Shown: one piece after another, positions 1-8,176 of the stretch | How positions within the stretch are numbered: the stretch's first letter is position 1 | Layout: every line of letters begins with the position of its first letter | DNA from: a virus | Lineage: Duplodnaviria > Caudoviricetes | Length of the DNA stretch: 28,922 bases | Virus record (IMG/VR): IMGVR_UViG_3300006851_000691 | Location: 1-28,922 of that record | Strand: one strand, 5' to 3' | The notes under the pieces: generated by a model | The model's input: the letters and a program-made list of their open reading frames with translations, nothing else | The model's database searches: none | Told to the model about the DNA's origin: nothing | Made by a program: the position numbers and the translations under genes

Positions 1-732
1 TTATTGAAATTTAGAACTCCCGTTAGTGATATTCTCTTTAATTTTATCCTTCAAATTATTATAAATACCAGGATGGATTAAATATTCATCTGATTCGTTA
101 TATACCCGCCAACCCTCAACTTTTGCTAATTCTCTAAAATTATCATAATTTAACTCTTCAAAGCTTTCCCTGCTGTATACAATATTGAGCGCATCGCCTT
201 TTGATTCATTTCCTTTGTTGTCTGTCAAAGTAACTTTCACCACTGCATCTACTGTCTGCACCTCTTTGTCAGCAAATGCTTCTTTCATAATCTCTAATAT
301 TTCATAAGCTCGGTTGGTAACTAAGCTATTCTCGCTAAACGACGCATCACCATCAAGTTTAACAATTAGCATACCTTCATCATATAGATCAGCATCAATG
401 ACATCATCGTTGTCTTCTTTTAGATTTTGATCTATTGATTTATTTTTCTTCTTTTCACCGTCACCCTTCACTTGTTCTTTCTTCTTATCTTCATCAGGTT
501 CTTTATCTAAATCTGCAGGTGCTGAAGTTTCCGTACTTTCAGGCTCTTCTTCATCTTCAAGCGCACTTGCGATTCCCCCAATAACAACGAGTGCAATAAT
601 AACAATAAACCATGAACGTTTGTAAAATGGTTTCTTTCTATCTTTGCTCTTCTTTCCATCTGCACCTTTATTAAGGTTCTTATTGCCCCGAAGTTCTTTT
701 GTATTTGGATCCCAACCTTTTCTGCTAAACAC
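1..732 (-). CDS. Single-pass membrane-anchored protein of the lysogeny module (possible superinfection-exclusion/host-surface protein)
   Basis: Basic N-terminus, KKPFYKRSWF followed by a hydrophobic TM segment, acidic/Lys linker and globular C-domain. RBS GAGGGGG precedes the GTG. Lies downstream of immA. Confidence 0.75.
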   Translation of the reverse strand: MFSRKGWDPNTKELRGNKNLNKGADGKKSKDRKKPFYKRSWFIVIIALVVIGGIASALEDEEEPESTETSAPADLDKEPDEDKKKEQVKGDGEKKKNKSIDQNLKEDNDDVIDADLYDEGMLIVKLDGDASFSENSLVTNRAYEILEIMKEAFADKEVQTVDAVVKVTLTDNKGNESKGDALNIVYSRESFEELNYDNFRELAKVEGWRVYNESDEYLIHPGIYNNLKDKIKENITNGSSKFQ

Positions 733-805
733 TATAACATCCCCCTCAATAGTTAAATAGCACTAGATGCTATGTATAATTAAAACGGCCGTTGAGATCG
801 TTGTA

Positions 806-1240
806 TTAAAGTTTTTTCAAATGACTAACTTCTTTTGGTATACCATAAATGTTGGCAGCTTCATTAATAGTTAGATTGGTGTCATTCATTTTATAAAGTT
901 CATTATCAGGCATTAACAACTCGACAGCAAATGTATTTGCTTCTATTTCAATACGGCTTACCGAAAACAGTGTTTTACTTCTCATGAACGGAGTGTTGAA
1001 TCTAGGATGCAATTCCGAATGACCTAATTCATGAGCGCAAACAAATCTCTGGAAATTGTAATCTAAGTTATTATTGATAAATATATACTTATTTCTTTTG
1101 TCATATTTATAGAATCCTTTAATCTCTTGATGGAGATTCCACAGGATGACGTGAATATTTTTCTTGGTCGCCAAATCAAAAGGATCATTGGTGTTATGTT
1201 TTTTCGTTATATGTTCTACAAGTTCTTTTATTCGCGTCAA
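806..1240 (-). CDS. immA: ImmA/IrrE family metallo-endopeptidase (anti-repressor protease)
   Basis: RFVCAHELGH (HExxH) and E-x-EAN-x-FA motifs; adjacent to the repressor gene. Confidence 0.92.
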   Translation of the reverse strand: MTRIKELVEHITKKHNTNDPFDLATKKNIHVILWNLHQEIKGFYKYDKRNKYIFINNNLDYNFQRFVCAHELGHSELHPRFNTPFMRSKTLFSVSRIEIEANTFAVELLMPDNELYKMNDTNLTINEAANIYGIPKEVSHLKKL

Positions 1241-1259
1241 CTAACCCACCTCGAATCCT

Positions 1260-1673
1260 TTACTCATTTTCCTCTCTATACTTTTTAGGGATATATTTTT
1301 TATTGATTCGCTTAGTTTGTCGGACAGCATATTCCATCGCATCTATGAGGGATTCCTTGGCTTCTTGACTCATTGGTTCGCCAGAGAAATTAAGGCCGTC
1401 TCCATTAATTAAGTCATCCTTTATCTTTTCCATTTGCTTAGCGATGTCTTTTTCGTCTTTGGCTGTTAAGTCTGGTGAATCTGTTCTACCTAAAAGATAA
1501 TCAGACGTAACGCCAAAAAAATCAGCTAGTCTTCTTAAATTATCTGTGTCAGGCGTACGGTCGCCACTTTCATAGCCGGATATAGACACCTTGGTAACAT
1601 TGATGATATTTCCTAGTTCTGTTTGAGTTAACTTTTTATCGTTCCTTAATCTTCTTAAACGTTTACCATCCAT
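1260..1673 (-). CDS. XRE-family HTH prophage repressor (ImmR-like); alternative in-frame start at 1697
   Basis: LRNDKKLTQTELG...ISGYESGDRTPD...LADFFGVTSDYLLGRT. No LexA-type peptidase domain. AAGGAG RBS before both ATG 1673 and ATG 1697. Confidence 0.9.
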   Translation of the reverse strand: MDGKRLRRLRNDKKLTQTELGNIINVTKVSISGYESGDRTPDTDNLRRLADFFGVTSDYLLGRTDSPDLTAKDEKDIAKQMEKIKDDLINGDGLNFSGEPMSQEAKESLIDAMEYAVRQTKRINKKYIPKKYREENE

Positions 1674-1720
1674 AGGTTTTAACTCCTTCAATAACATAAC
1701 TACAACTCCTTTCATTATAA

Positions 1721-1830
1721 GTTAACTAATAGTTAAATTAAACGATATTAACTAAATAGGAACTTTTGTTATATATATGCTTGACAAGTTAACTGTATGT
1801 GAACTATAATGAAATTAACCTCAAGTTAAC
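1721..1830. promoter_or_regulatory. Cluster of 17-bp palindromic operators RTTAACY-N3-WGTKAAM
   Basis: GTTAACTaatAGTTAAA at 1721-1737, GTTAACTgtaTGTGAAC at 1788-1804 (promoter spacer), ATTAACCtcaAGTTAAC at 1814-1830, and a degenerate copy at 1747-1763. Confidence 0.8.
1781..1810 (+). promoter_or_regulatory. SigA-type early lytic promoter
   Basis: TTGACA (1781-1786), 18 nt spacer, TATAAT (1805-1810), upstream of cro with RBS AAAGGGGTG. Confidence 0.9.
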
Positions 1831-1848
1831 CGAAAGGGGTGATACAAA

Positions 1849-2082
1849 ATGGCGCTTGATAAATTAAAAGAAATGCGCACCAAAGAAGGGTTAACGTGTC
1901 AAGAAGTAGCTGACCAAGTAAATATATCCAAAGAGTATTATTGGATGATCGAAAACGGTAAGCGCCGATTAACTTATGAGTTAGCTGTAAAAATAGCGAG
2001 TGTGTTCAAGTCGAGTCCTGACTATATTTTTTTGGACAACGAGTTAACTAGAAGTGAACTCAATAAACAACAAGCAATCTAA
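1849..2082 (+). CDS. Cro-like XRE HTH regulator
   Basis: 77-aa HTH_3 pattern; first gene divergent from the repressor. Confidence 0.88.
   Translation: MALDKLKEMRTKEGLTCQEVADQVNISKEYYWMIENGKRRLTYELAVKIASVFKSSPDYIFLDNELTRSELNKQQAI
2043..2059. promoter_or_regulatory. Distal operator copy within the 3' end of cro
   Basis: GTTAACTagaAGTGAAC matches the intergenic operator consensus. Confidence 0.65.
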
Positions 2083-2090
2083 TCATCGTC

Positions 2091-2209
2091 TTCACATCCG
2101 ATATCAACATCTAAACGAGCAGAGTACGCCACGATATCCCAGTTTCGGGAGGGAGCGACACCCATATAGGGCATATGCCACGACGTTAGGTGCTGATATC
2201 GGGTGTGAA
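2091..2209 (+). ncRNA. Candidate structured RNA (long closing stem with internal hairpins)
   Basis: TTCACATCCGATATCAACATCTAAACG (2091-2117) pairs with CGTTAGGTGCTGATATCGGGTGTGAA (2184-2209), including G-U pairs. Internal TCCC/GGGA and CCC/GGG stems. Confidence 0.6.
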
Positions 2210-2242
2210 ATCAAAAGCGATAGATTAATAGGAGGTAATCAA

Positions 2243-2392
2243 ATGGATACTATTAAACAATTGGAAAATGAGATTGAAGCACTACAAGAAAGCATTTCAT
2301 GCGGAGCAGATGGCTGGGAAACCATCGTACTCCTACACGATCAATTAATTCAATGCTTGGAGTTACACGCAAAACTCAAAGAACTACTTTAA
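2243..2392 (+). CDS. Small hypothetical protein, 49 aa (MDTIKQLENE...)
   Basis: AGGAGG RBS at 2230-2235 supports ATG 2243 rather than the ORF-track start at 2054. Confidence 0.7.
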   Translation: MDTIKQLENEIEALQESISCGADGWETIVLLHDQLIQCLELHAKLKELL

Positions 2393-2414
2393 AACCTTTC
2401 AAGGAGGAAAAACA

Positions 2415-3170
2415 ATGAATCAATTAGTTTTTATTCAAGATGATGATGTATTAACAGACACACTGACTATAGCTGAGATTTTTAACAAAAGGCACGATTT
2501 AGTTTTAAGGGATGTCAGAAAAACATTTCTATCCTTAGATGAACTAGCTAATAGAAAAGAAGTTAAGGATCTAGGTATTGATATTAGCTCCCTCAAATTT
2601 GAGGAGACCCGATATACGCACGAACAGAACAATCAAAATTATCCAATGTATTTACTTAACTTTGACGCTTTTATGTTAGTGACGATGTCTTACACAACTG
2701 AAAATGCAATGTTAATAAAAATTAAATATATGAATCGCTTTAATGAAATGAGAGATCAGCTATCAAAACCAAAAGTTCTATCAGAAAAAGAGCAGTTAAA
2801 AGCTTCTATGAAATTGACGCTCGAAGCAAACGAAACGTTAGAAGAGCACAATGAACGTATCTCTGAGTTAGAAAACAACATGCGAATTGATGGTGTCCAA
2901 GAAAGAAAGCTTCAAAACAAAGGTAATCACGTCGTTCTCGAATCTCTTAGTGGAAAAGAATCGCCAGCTTACAAAGAGATTTCCCGAAAAGCATTTTCAG
3001 CAATGTGGCGAGACTTTAAGAACCACTTCATGATTCCGAGATTTTCAGAATTACCTAAGGTTCAATTTGAAGAAGGACTGCGCTTTGTAGGTATGTGGCA
3101 ACCTTCAACAAGTTTAAAGATAGAAATTGATAACTTAAATCGGCAGCAAACAATGAAAGAGGTGGTCTAA
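2415..3170 (+). CDS. Rha-family phage regulatory protein/antirepressor with ORF6C-like C-terminal domain
   Basis: IAEIFNKRHDLVLRD...YPMYLLNFDAFMLVTMSYT...KIKYMNRFNEM; C-terminal WRDFKNHF...WQPS. Confidence 0.85.
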   Translation: MNQLVFIQDDDVLTDTLTIAEIFNKRHDLVLRDVRKTFLSLDELANRKEVKDLGIDISSLKFEETRYTHEQNNQNYPMYLLNFDAFMLVTMSYTTENAMLIKIKYMNRFNEMRDQLSKPKVLSEKEQLKASMKLTLEANETLEEHNERISELENNMRIDGVQERKLQNKGNHVVLESLSGKESPAYKEISRKAFSAMWRDFKNHFMIPRFSELPKVQFEEGLRFVGMWQPSTSLKIEIDNLNRQQTMKEVV

Positions 3171-3383
3171 ATGCTTTACCACAAACTTCCTCTTGAAGAT
3201 GGAAAGTATAAAACTGTTGAATTATACGATGATGAAATCGTCACATTTTGCCCAACTTGTGGCAATGAATATCAGCTTGAACCGGAAGAAATTGCGGACA
3301 TTATTCATTCTGGTGCTGATTTCGGCGGAACAAGCTACTACTGTAACGGTTGCTACACAAAACCATTAAGGGCGGTGAAATAA
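3171..3383 (+). CDS. Small zinc-ribbon protein
   Basis: CPTC...CNGC; RBS GAGGTGG; abuts the rha stop. Confidence 0.7.
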   Translation: MLYHKLPLEDGKYKTVELYDDEIVTFCPTCGNEYQLEPEEIADIIHSGADFGGTSYYCNGCYTKPLRAVK

Positions 3384-3566
3384 TTGGAACGCTTCACAGT
3401 TAAGCAAGCGGCAGACTATCTAGGAGTCCACCAAGACACCATCTACACAATGGTTAGACAGAAAGAAATACCGCATTTCAGATTACGTCGTCGGATCATG
3501 TTTTCGAAGCAAGCCATCAACGATTGGATCCGACAACAAGAATCTGAAAGTACACAAGTCATCTAA
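3384..3566 (+). CDS. Excisionase-like HTH_17 DNA-binding protein
   Basis: FTVKQAADYLGVHQDTIYTMVRQKEIPHFR...INDWI. Confidence 0.85.
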   Translation: MERFTVKQAADYLGVHQDTIYTMVRQKEIPHFRLRRRIMFSKQAINDWIRQQESESTQVI

Positions 3567-3637
3567 TCAAGCAATCTAGCAAAACAACCAACGAGGGAGT
3601 TGGTACTTATAGTATATGACGACCAACGCCCTGTGTC

Positions 3638-3671
3638 TGTTCGACAGTTGAACATGTTCGTTTAACGAACA
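3638..3671. promoter_or_regulatory. Two abutting 17-bp palindromes TGTTCG-N5-YGAACA (putative operators)
   Basis: TGTTCGacagtTGAACA (3638-3654) and TGTTCGtttaaCGAACA (3655-3671), directly before the RBS of an XRE gene. Confidence 0.65.
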
Positions 3672-3687
3672 TTAGGGGGTGAGAAAA

Positions 3688-3975
3688 TTGGATTTTGGAA
3701 CGGCTCTAAAATTAAGAAGAAAAGAGGCTGGTATTAGCCAAGAGGAATTAGCGGAGAGGATATATAAGTCTCGATCATCTATTTCAAAAATAGAAAACAA
3801 CAAAGAATCGCTTGAAGCAGAAACGTTAATTCAGTGGGTTCATGCCACTCAAATACAAGCACAAGAACTAGCGGTAGTAACACTTTGTAGTGTAGATGCA
3901 ATAAGCATTGTTCAAAGTATATCGGAAACTATAAGCGCCACAATCAACTTTATATTCTTAGGAGGGATTATATGA
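3688..3975 (+). CDS. XRE-family HTH protein
   Basis: FGTALKLRRKEAGISQEELAE...ISKIEN. TTG 3688 fits the RBS GGGGGTG better than GTG 3679. Confidence 0.82.
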   Translation: MDFGTALKLRRKEAGISQEELAERIYKSRSSISKIENNKESLEAETLIQWVHATQIQAQELAVVTLCSVDAISIVQSISETISATINFIFLGGII

Positions 3976-4250
3976 AACTAGAAAATTTATTTTTACCAAA
4001 AGATCTTGTGAGTGCAGGGAAGGAACTTGATTGCTACGGATACTGTTTAAATCAATCCATTAAACATTTTTTAAACGCTGATTTCGAAAGAGCGGCAGCA
4101 TTTCACAAAAACATAGCACGATCATTAAAAGAGTTACAACGCATGAAAGAAGATAAACGAGTAGATGATCAAGCAAGATACATTTTAAGTCAGATTCAAG
4201 CACGTCAGAATCAAGAAGGTCTGCATAACAGATTGAGGTCAATTTTATGA
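3972..4250 (+). CDS. Hypothetical phage protein
   Basis: RBS AGGAGGG; ATGA overlap with the upstream gene. Confidence 0.75.
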   Translation: MKLENLFLPKDLVSAGKELDCYGYCLNQSIKHFLNADFERAAAFHKNIARSLKELQRMKEDKRVDDQARYILSQIQARQNQEGLHNRLRSIL

Positions 4251-4333
4251 GTGAGCGCTTTGTAAATGGATTCTATGGTGTATCAGGGATCGCAATATTA
4301 GTGTTTTTGTACTTTGCATTAACTAACGCTTAG
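4247..4333 (+). CDS. 28-aa membrane micropeptide MSERFVNGFYGVSGIAILVFLYFALTNA (not in ORF track)
   Basis: ATGA-coupled start, GAGG RBS, hydrophobic helix; stop overlaps the next RBS. Confidence 0.6.
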   Translation: MSERFVNGFYGVSGIAILVFLYFALTNA

Positions 4334-4344
4334 GAGGGATTTTA

Positions 4345-4569
4345 ATGAGAGCTAAAATTAAACTTTGGGGCAATGAATATTTAGCGTTGTCGGTGGCTTG
4401 GCTTAAAGATGGAAACATCTCGCATGTTGTTATCGCTGACGAGGCTGAAGCTAAAGTTATTTTCCAGAAAGCCAACCACATTTCGGGACTTGATGCAGAA
4501 AACAATCGTCATGCAGATGAACTGATTTACGCAAATTTAAATGAAATTATCGAATGGGTGGAGGTGTAA
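4345..4569 (+). CDS. Hypothetical phage protein
   Basis: RBS AGGAGGG; tight packing. Confidence 0.75.
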   Translation: MRAKIKLWGNEYLALSVAWLKDGNISHVVIADEAEAKVIFQKANHISGLDAENNRHADELIYANLNEIIEWVEV

Positions 4570-4571
4570 AC

Positions 4572-4790
4572 ATGGGTTTAGAACATCCTGCGGTCAGTCG
4601 GACGTTAAGAACAAGTTATCCATACAGTCCATTACGTCAAGTGGTAGGTAACGACCCACTAGGAAACGAGATTTTACCGGGTGATGAGATTTTGGTCTTT
4701 GATGATGAGTTTTTCCTGGTAGAAACAATGGGATCAGAAGCGATTGAAGTATTGGAGTTATTAGGTGCAAGTTATGAAATTGCAAAATAA
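4572..4790 (+). CDS. Hypothetical phage protein (YqaI-like)
   Basis: RBS GGAGGTG before ATG 4572; EHP...RTxYP...DPLGNEILPGD pattern. Confidence 0.65.
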   Translation: MGLEHPAVSRTLRTSYPYSPLRQVVGNDPLGNEILPGDEILVFDDEFFLVETMGSEAIEVLELLGASYEIAK

Positions 4791-4817
4791 AAAACGCCCT
4801 TTGGTGGAGGACGTTTT
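4784..4817 (-). terminator. Intrinsic terminator on the minus strand
   Basis: Minus strand reads AAAACGTCC-TCCACCAAA-GGGCGTTTT-TTATTTT; one pair is G-U only on this strand. Confidence 0.7.
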
Positions 4818-4850
4818 GATAAACACTGATTAAATTAAATTTGTCCCTCT

Positions 4851-4879
4851 ATTATACAACGAATGTGTTGTGAGGGCAA
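4851..4879 (-). promoter_or_regulatory. Leftward SigA-type promoter (antisense to the early operon)
   Basis: Minus strand TTGCCC - 17 nt - TATAAT. Confidence 0.6.
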
Positions 4880-4892
4880 GGGAGGCAACAAA

Positions 4893-5126
4893 GTGAATAA
4901 GTATGTTAAAAAGTATCAGGATTGCCGTAATGAAGGAAAAAGCGAATATGAATCATTTGGGGTTGCTGCAACATTCATATCTGCAACCGGAACAATGAAT
5001 GACTTGCAATTGATGCATGATCATTTTCGCAAGGATCTTATGACCAATGTTGACAAATGGCTTGAAGAGGCAGAAAAGGTATCTCAAAAAATAAAATTGG
5101 AGGAATCAAATTATGAAACAGCTTAA
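4893..5126 (+). CDS. Hypothetical phage protein
   Basis: RBS AAGGGAGG before GTG 4893. Confidence 0.7.
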   Translation: MNKYVKKYQDCRNEGKSEYESFGVAATFISATGTMNDLQLMHDHFRKDLMTNVDKWLEEAEKVSQKIKLEESNYETA

Positions 5127-7073
5127 ATTACAAAATCTAGTATTGACCAACTTTAAAGGGATTAAACATTTCGAGTTAAATGCTGCGGGCGATGTTCAGG
5201 TATACGGTGATAACGCTACAGGAAAGACAACGCTGTTCGATGCATTTGTGTGGCTGATGTTTGACAAAGATAGTCAGAACCAAAAGGACTTCTCTATCAA
5301 AACTTTAGTTGGCGGTAAAACGGTTCATAATTTGAATCACGAAGTAGAGGCAACGTTGTTGATCGATGGCGTACAGCTAGCCTTGAAAAGTCATTTTCCG
5401 AGAAGTGGACCAAGAAACGTGGTTCTGTTTCAAAGGAATTTACCGGTCACACAACAGATTATTCAATTAATGGTGTTCCGGCAAAGAAAAAAGAATTTAC
5501 CGAGAGAGTAGCTTCTATTGTAGATGAAAACATTTTCAAACTCTTAACCAGCCCAAGTTATTTCAATGAACAACTGCACTGGAAAAAGCGACGTGATCTT
5601 TTGCTAGAGATTGCCGGAGATGTAACAGATCAAGAAGTAATTGAAGTAAATAAGGACCTGGAAAAGCTTGCTGAAGTATTGAATGGACGTTCTGTTGATG
5701 ATCACAAAAAGGTGATTGCAGCCAAGCGTAAAGAGATTAACGAAGAACTAGACCGGATCCCGATCAGAATTGATGAAATTAATCGCGGTCTACCAGATGT
5801 TTCAGGACTGAATAAAGAATCAATTAATGCTGATCTGCAGAAAGCGGGGTCAGACATTGATGCAAAGCAGGAGCAGATCAACAGCATTAGAAGCGGTAGC
5901 GAAGTAAACAAGATCAAATCAGAAATAAGTGATATTGATTTAAAGCTCTCTAATGTAAAGAACGAGCACGAACAGGAAGGACAACAGATTCTGTTTAGTT
6001 TGAAAGCCAGGCTGCAAGAAGAACAATCTAACATAAATATCCAACGTAGCGAATTGGAGTATTTAAAGGCATCAAATGATCAAAATAGCAAACGTATTAA
6101 AGATAACGAAGAGCTCATGAATAAGCTCCGCAACGAATATATAGAAGAAAATAAAAAGGAATTCAATCACGAGTCTGAATGTGTCTGTCCTACATGTGAA
6201 CAGGATCTACCACAAGATCAGGTATTGGAGGTAGAAAATAAATTCAATTTAAACAAAGCGAAAAAACTTGAAGAAATAAACGAGCAAGGGAAACATCTGA
6301 AAGAACAAAACACGTCATTGAATGAAGACGTGGAAAGAACGCAGGCAAAGATTGACAAAACAACTGAACAAGGCAAGGAAAAAGCAAATGAGATTAAGCG
6401 ATTGAAAGAAAAAATACAAGATGCCGAATCAAATGTAAAGCCAATCACTGAAAATGATTCTTACAACAAGCTTATGCAAGATAGACAAGCATTAGAACAA
6501 CAAATTGAATCACTACAAAATTCAGTCGAAGAATCGGTACAGCAAGTACAGGCGGAAATCCTATCCCTGAAAGAGAAGCAAAGCGCTCTACAGATTGATC
6601 AAAGTAAGTTGACTCAGACTGAACAATCTCATAAGCGGATTGCAGAATTGGAAGAACAGGAAGAAGAGCTTGCTGCTGAATTTGAAAAGATGGAGCACGA
6701 ACTGCACTTGGCAGAAGAATTTATCCGGACGAAGGTTAATCTCCTAGAAGAAAAGATCAACAGCAAGTTTAAATATGCACGATTCAATCTGTTTAAAACG
6801 AATATTAACGGTGGCCTGGAAGAGATATGCGAAACAACTTACGAAGGTGTTCCGTACTCAAGCGGCTTAAATAATGCGGCCCGTATCAATGTCGGCTTAG
6901 ACATTATTAATACACTATCACAACACTACGGTGTACAAGCTCCAATCTTTGTTGACAACGCAGAGTCCGTTACACAGTTGATTGATATAGACAGCCAGGT
7001 AATCAGCCTAGTTGTTTCAGAAGCGGACAAACAGCTGCGGATTGAAAGTAAAGCAGCAGAAGAGGTGGCGTAA
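5113..7073 (+). pseudogene. Rad50/SbcC-like (SMC-like) ATPase, about 653 aa, interrupted by a 1-nt frameshift at ~5386-5389
   Basis: Walker A GDNATGKT in the 5' part. The -1 frame continues KSFSEKWTKKRG... without a stop into ORF 5601-7073, which has coiled coils, a CPTC hook and Walker B PIFVDNAE. Confidence 0.8.
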
Positions 7074-7265
7074 ATGAGTTTAAAAGCACGAGATAGTGTA
7101 TGGATCACTGATTCCGCAGGCATGAAAATTGCGGGAGGGACAATCGTGAATGTTAATGATTTTAGAGAACCGGAAATGAAATACGCTGTTGATGTCGATG
7201 GATATAAAGAAGATGTTCTTTTCTTCGGGGAAGACAGACTTATTAAACAGGGGGAGTCAAAATGA
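7074..7265 (+). CDS. Small hypothetical protein (SH3-like beta pattern)
   Basis: RBS GAGGTGG; coupled to both neighbours. Confidence 0.7.
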   Translation: MSLKARDSVWITDSAGMKIAGGTIVNVNDFREPEMKYAVDVDGYKEDVLFFGEDRLIKQGESK

Positions 7266-8176
7266 GTAATCAAAATCAAGTAGCAGTTTTGCAGAAGGAT
7301 ATAACTGATGTTGTTAACGGAAAACTAACAGAGTTAAAGGATGATGGCTTAGTTCTACCTGCCAACTATAACGCAAGTAACGCGCTAAAGAGTGCCTTTT
7401 TTAAACTACAGGAAGTAAAGGATAAAAAGGGATCACCTGCATTAAATGTTTGTTCTAAAGATTCTATTGCAAACTCATTGCTAGATATGGTTACCCAGGG
7501 TTTAAGTCCAGCCAAAACGCAATGCTACTTCGTCGTTTATGGTAATCAGTTGCAATTAAATCGCTCCTATTTCGGTACACAGGCAGTTCTCAAGCGACTG
7601 ACCAACGTCAAGGACATTTGGGCGAACGTTATTTTTGATGGTGATGTATTCGACTATGAAATTGATGGTGGTAAGGAAAAACTAACCAAACATGAAACCC
7701 ACTTTTTGAATAGGGATAACAATATCTTAGGAGCTTATGCTGTAGTCAAAACAAACGAAGATGAAGAGTTATTAACGGTGATGACTCGAAAGGAGATTGA
7801 TGCCTCCTGGGGGCAATCAAAAACAGGACAAGCAGTGCATAAGAAGTTTCCGCAGGAAATGGCAAAAAGAACAGTGATTAATCGAGCGGCCAAAGCGTTT
7901 ATCAATACTTCTGATGACAGCGACTTGCTTGTTGAAGCGATTAATAATTCAACTGAAAATGAATATGACAATGAGCGGAAAGACATTACTCCAGAAGAAC
8001 AAGCGCAACAACAGATTGAACAAAACGCAAACAAAGAAACACTTGATTTTGAGGATCCTAACCCAAATGAGCCTATTGACGCGCAATACACAGAAGTGCA
8101 GGAAGAACCCCCTGCAGATAGCGGCGAGGAACAGCAAGAAAGCTTATTTGCCACTAATGAGGGGCCGTCATTCTAA
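7262..8176 (+). CDS. recT: RecT-family single-strand annealing recombinase
   Basis: SIANSLLDMVTQGLSPAKTQCYFVVYG...RSYFG...EMAKRTVINRAAK; acidic tail. Confidence 0.9.
   Translation: MSNQNQVAVLQKDITDVVNGKLTELKDDGLVLPANYNASNALKSAFFKLQEVKDKKGSPALNVCSKDSIANSLLDMVTQGLSPAKTQCYFVVYGNQLQLNRSYFGTQAVLKRLTNVKDIWANVIFDGDVFDYEIDGGKEKLTKHETHFLNRDNNILGAYAVVKTNEDEELLTVMTRKEIDASWGQSKTGQAVHKKFPQEMAKRTVINRAAKAFINTSDDSDLLVEAINNSTENEYDNERKDITPEEQAQQQIEQNANKETLDFEDPNPNEPIDAQYTEVQEEPPADSGEEQQESLFATNEGPSF

Noticed and set aside
2054-2242. N-terminal 63 codons of ORF 2054-2392
   Set aside because: No RBS, overlaps cro and the structured RNA; the strong RBS is at ATG 2243.
2122-2332. GAGTACG (2122-2128) complementary to CGTACTC (2326-2332) as an antisense target
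   Set aside because: A 7-nt match is too weak without conservation data.
2071-3578. 11-bp direct repeat CAAGCAATCTA at 2071 and 3568 as att sites or a cassette boundary
   Set aside because: Short and with no supporting recombinase context; may be a module-exchange scar or chance.
3650-3660. GAACATGTTC as a LexA/DinR SOS box
   Set aside because: Spacing is GAAC-N2-GTTC rather than GAAC-N4-GTTC; it is the junction of two adjacent palindromes.
5702-8154. Minus-strand ORFs opposite the ATPase and RecT (and similar shadow ORFs opposite portal, minor head, scaffold and tape measure)
   Set aside because: Ser/Phe/Leu-rich antisense shadows of well-supported plus-strand genes, with no RBS.
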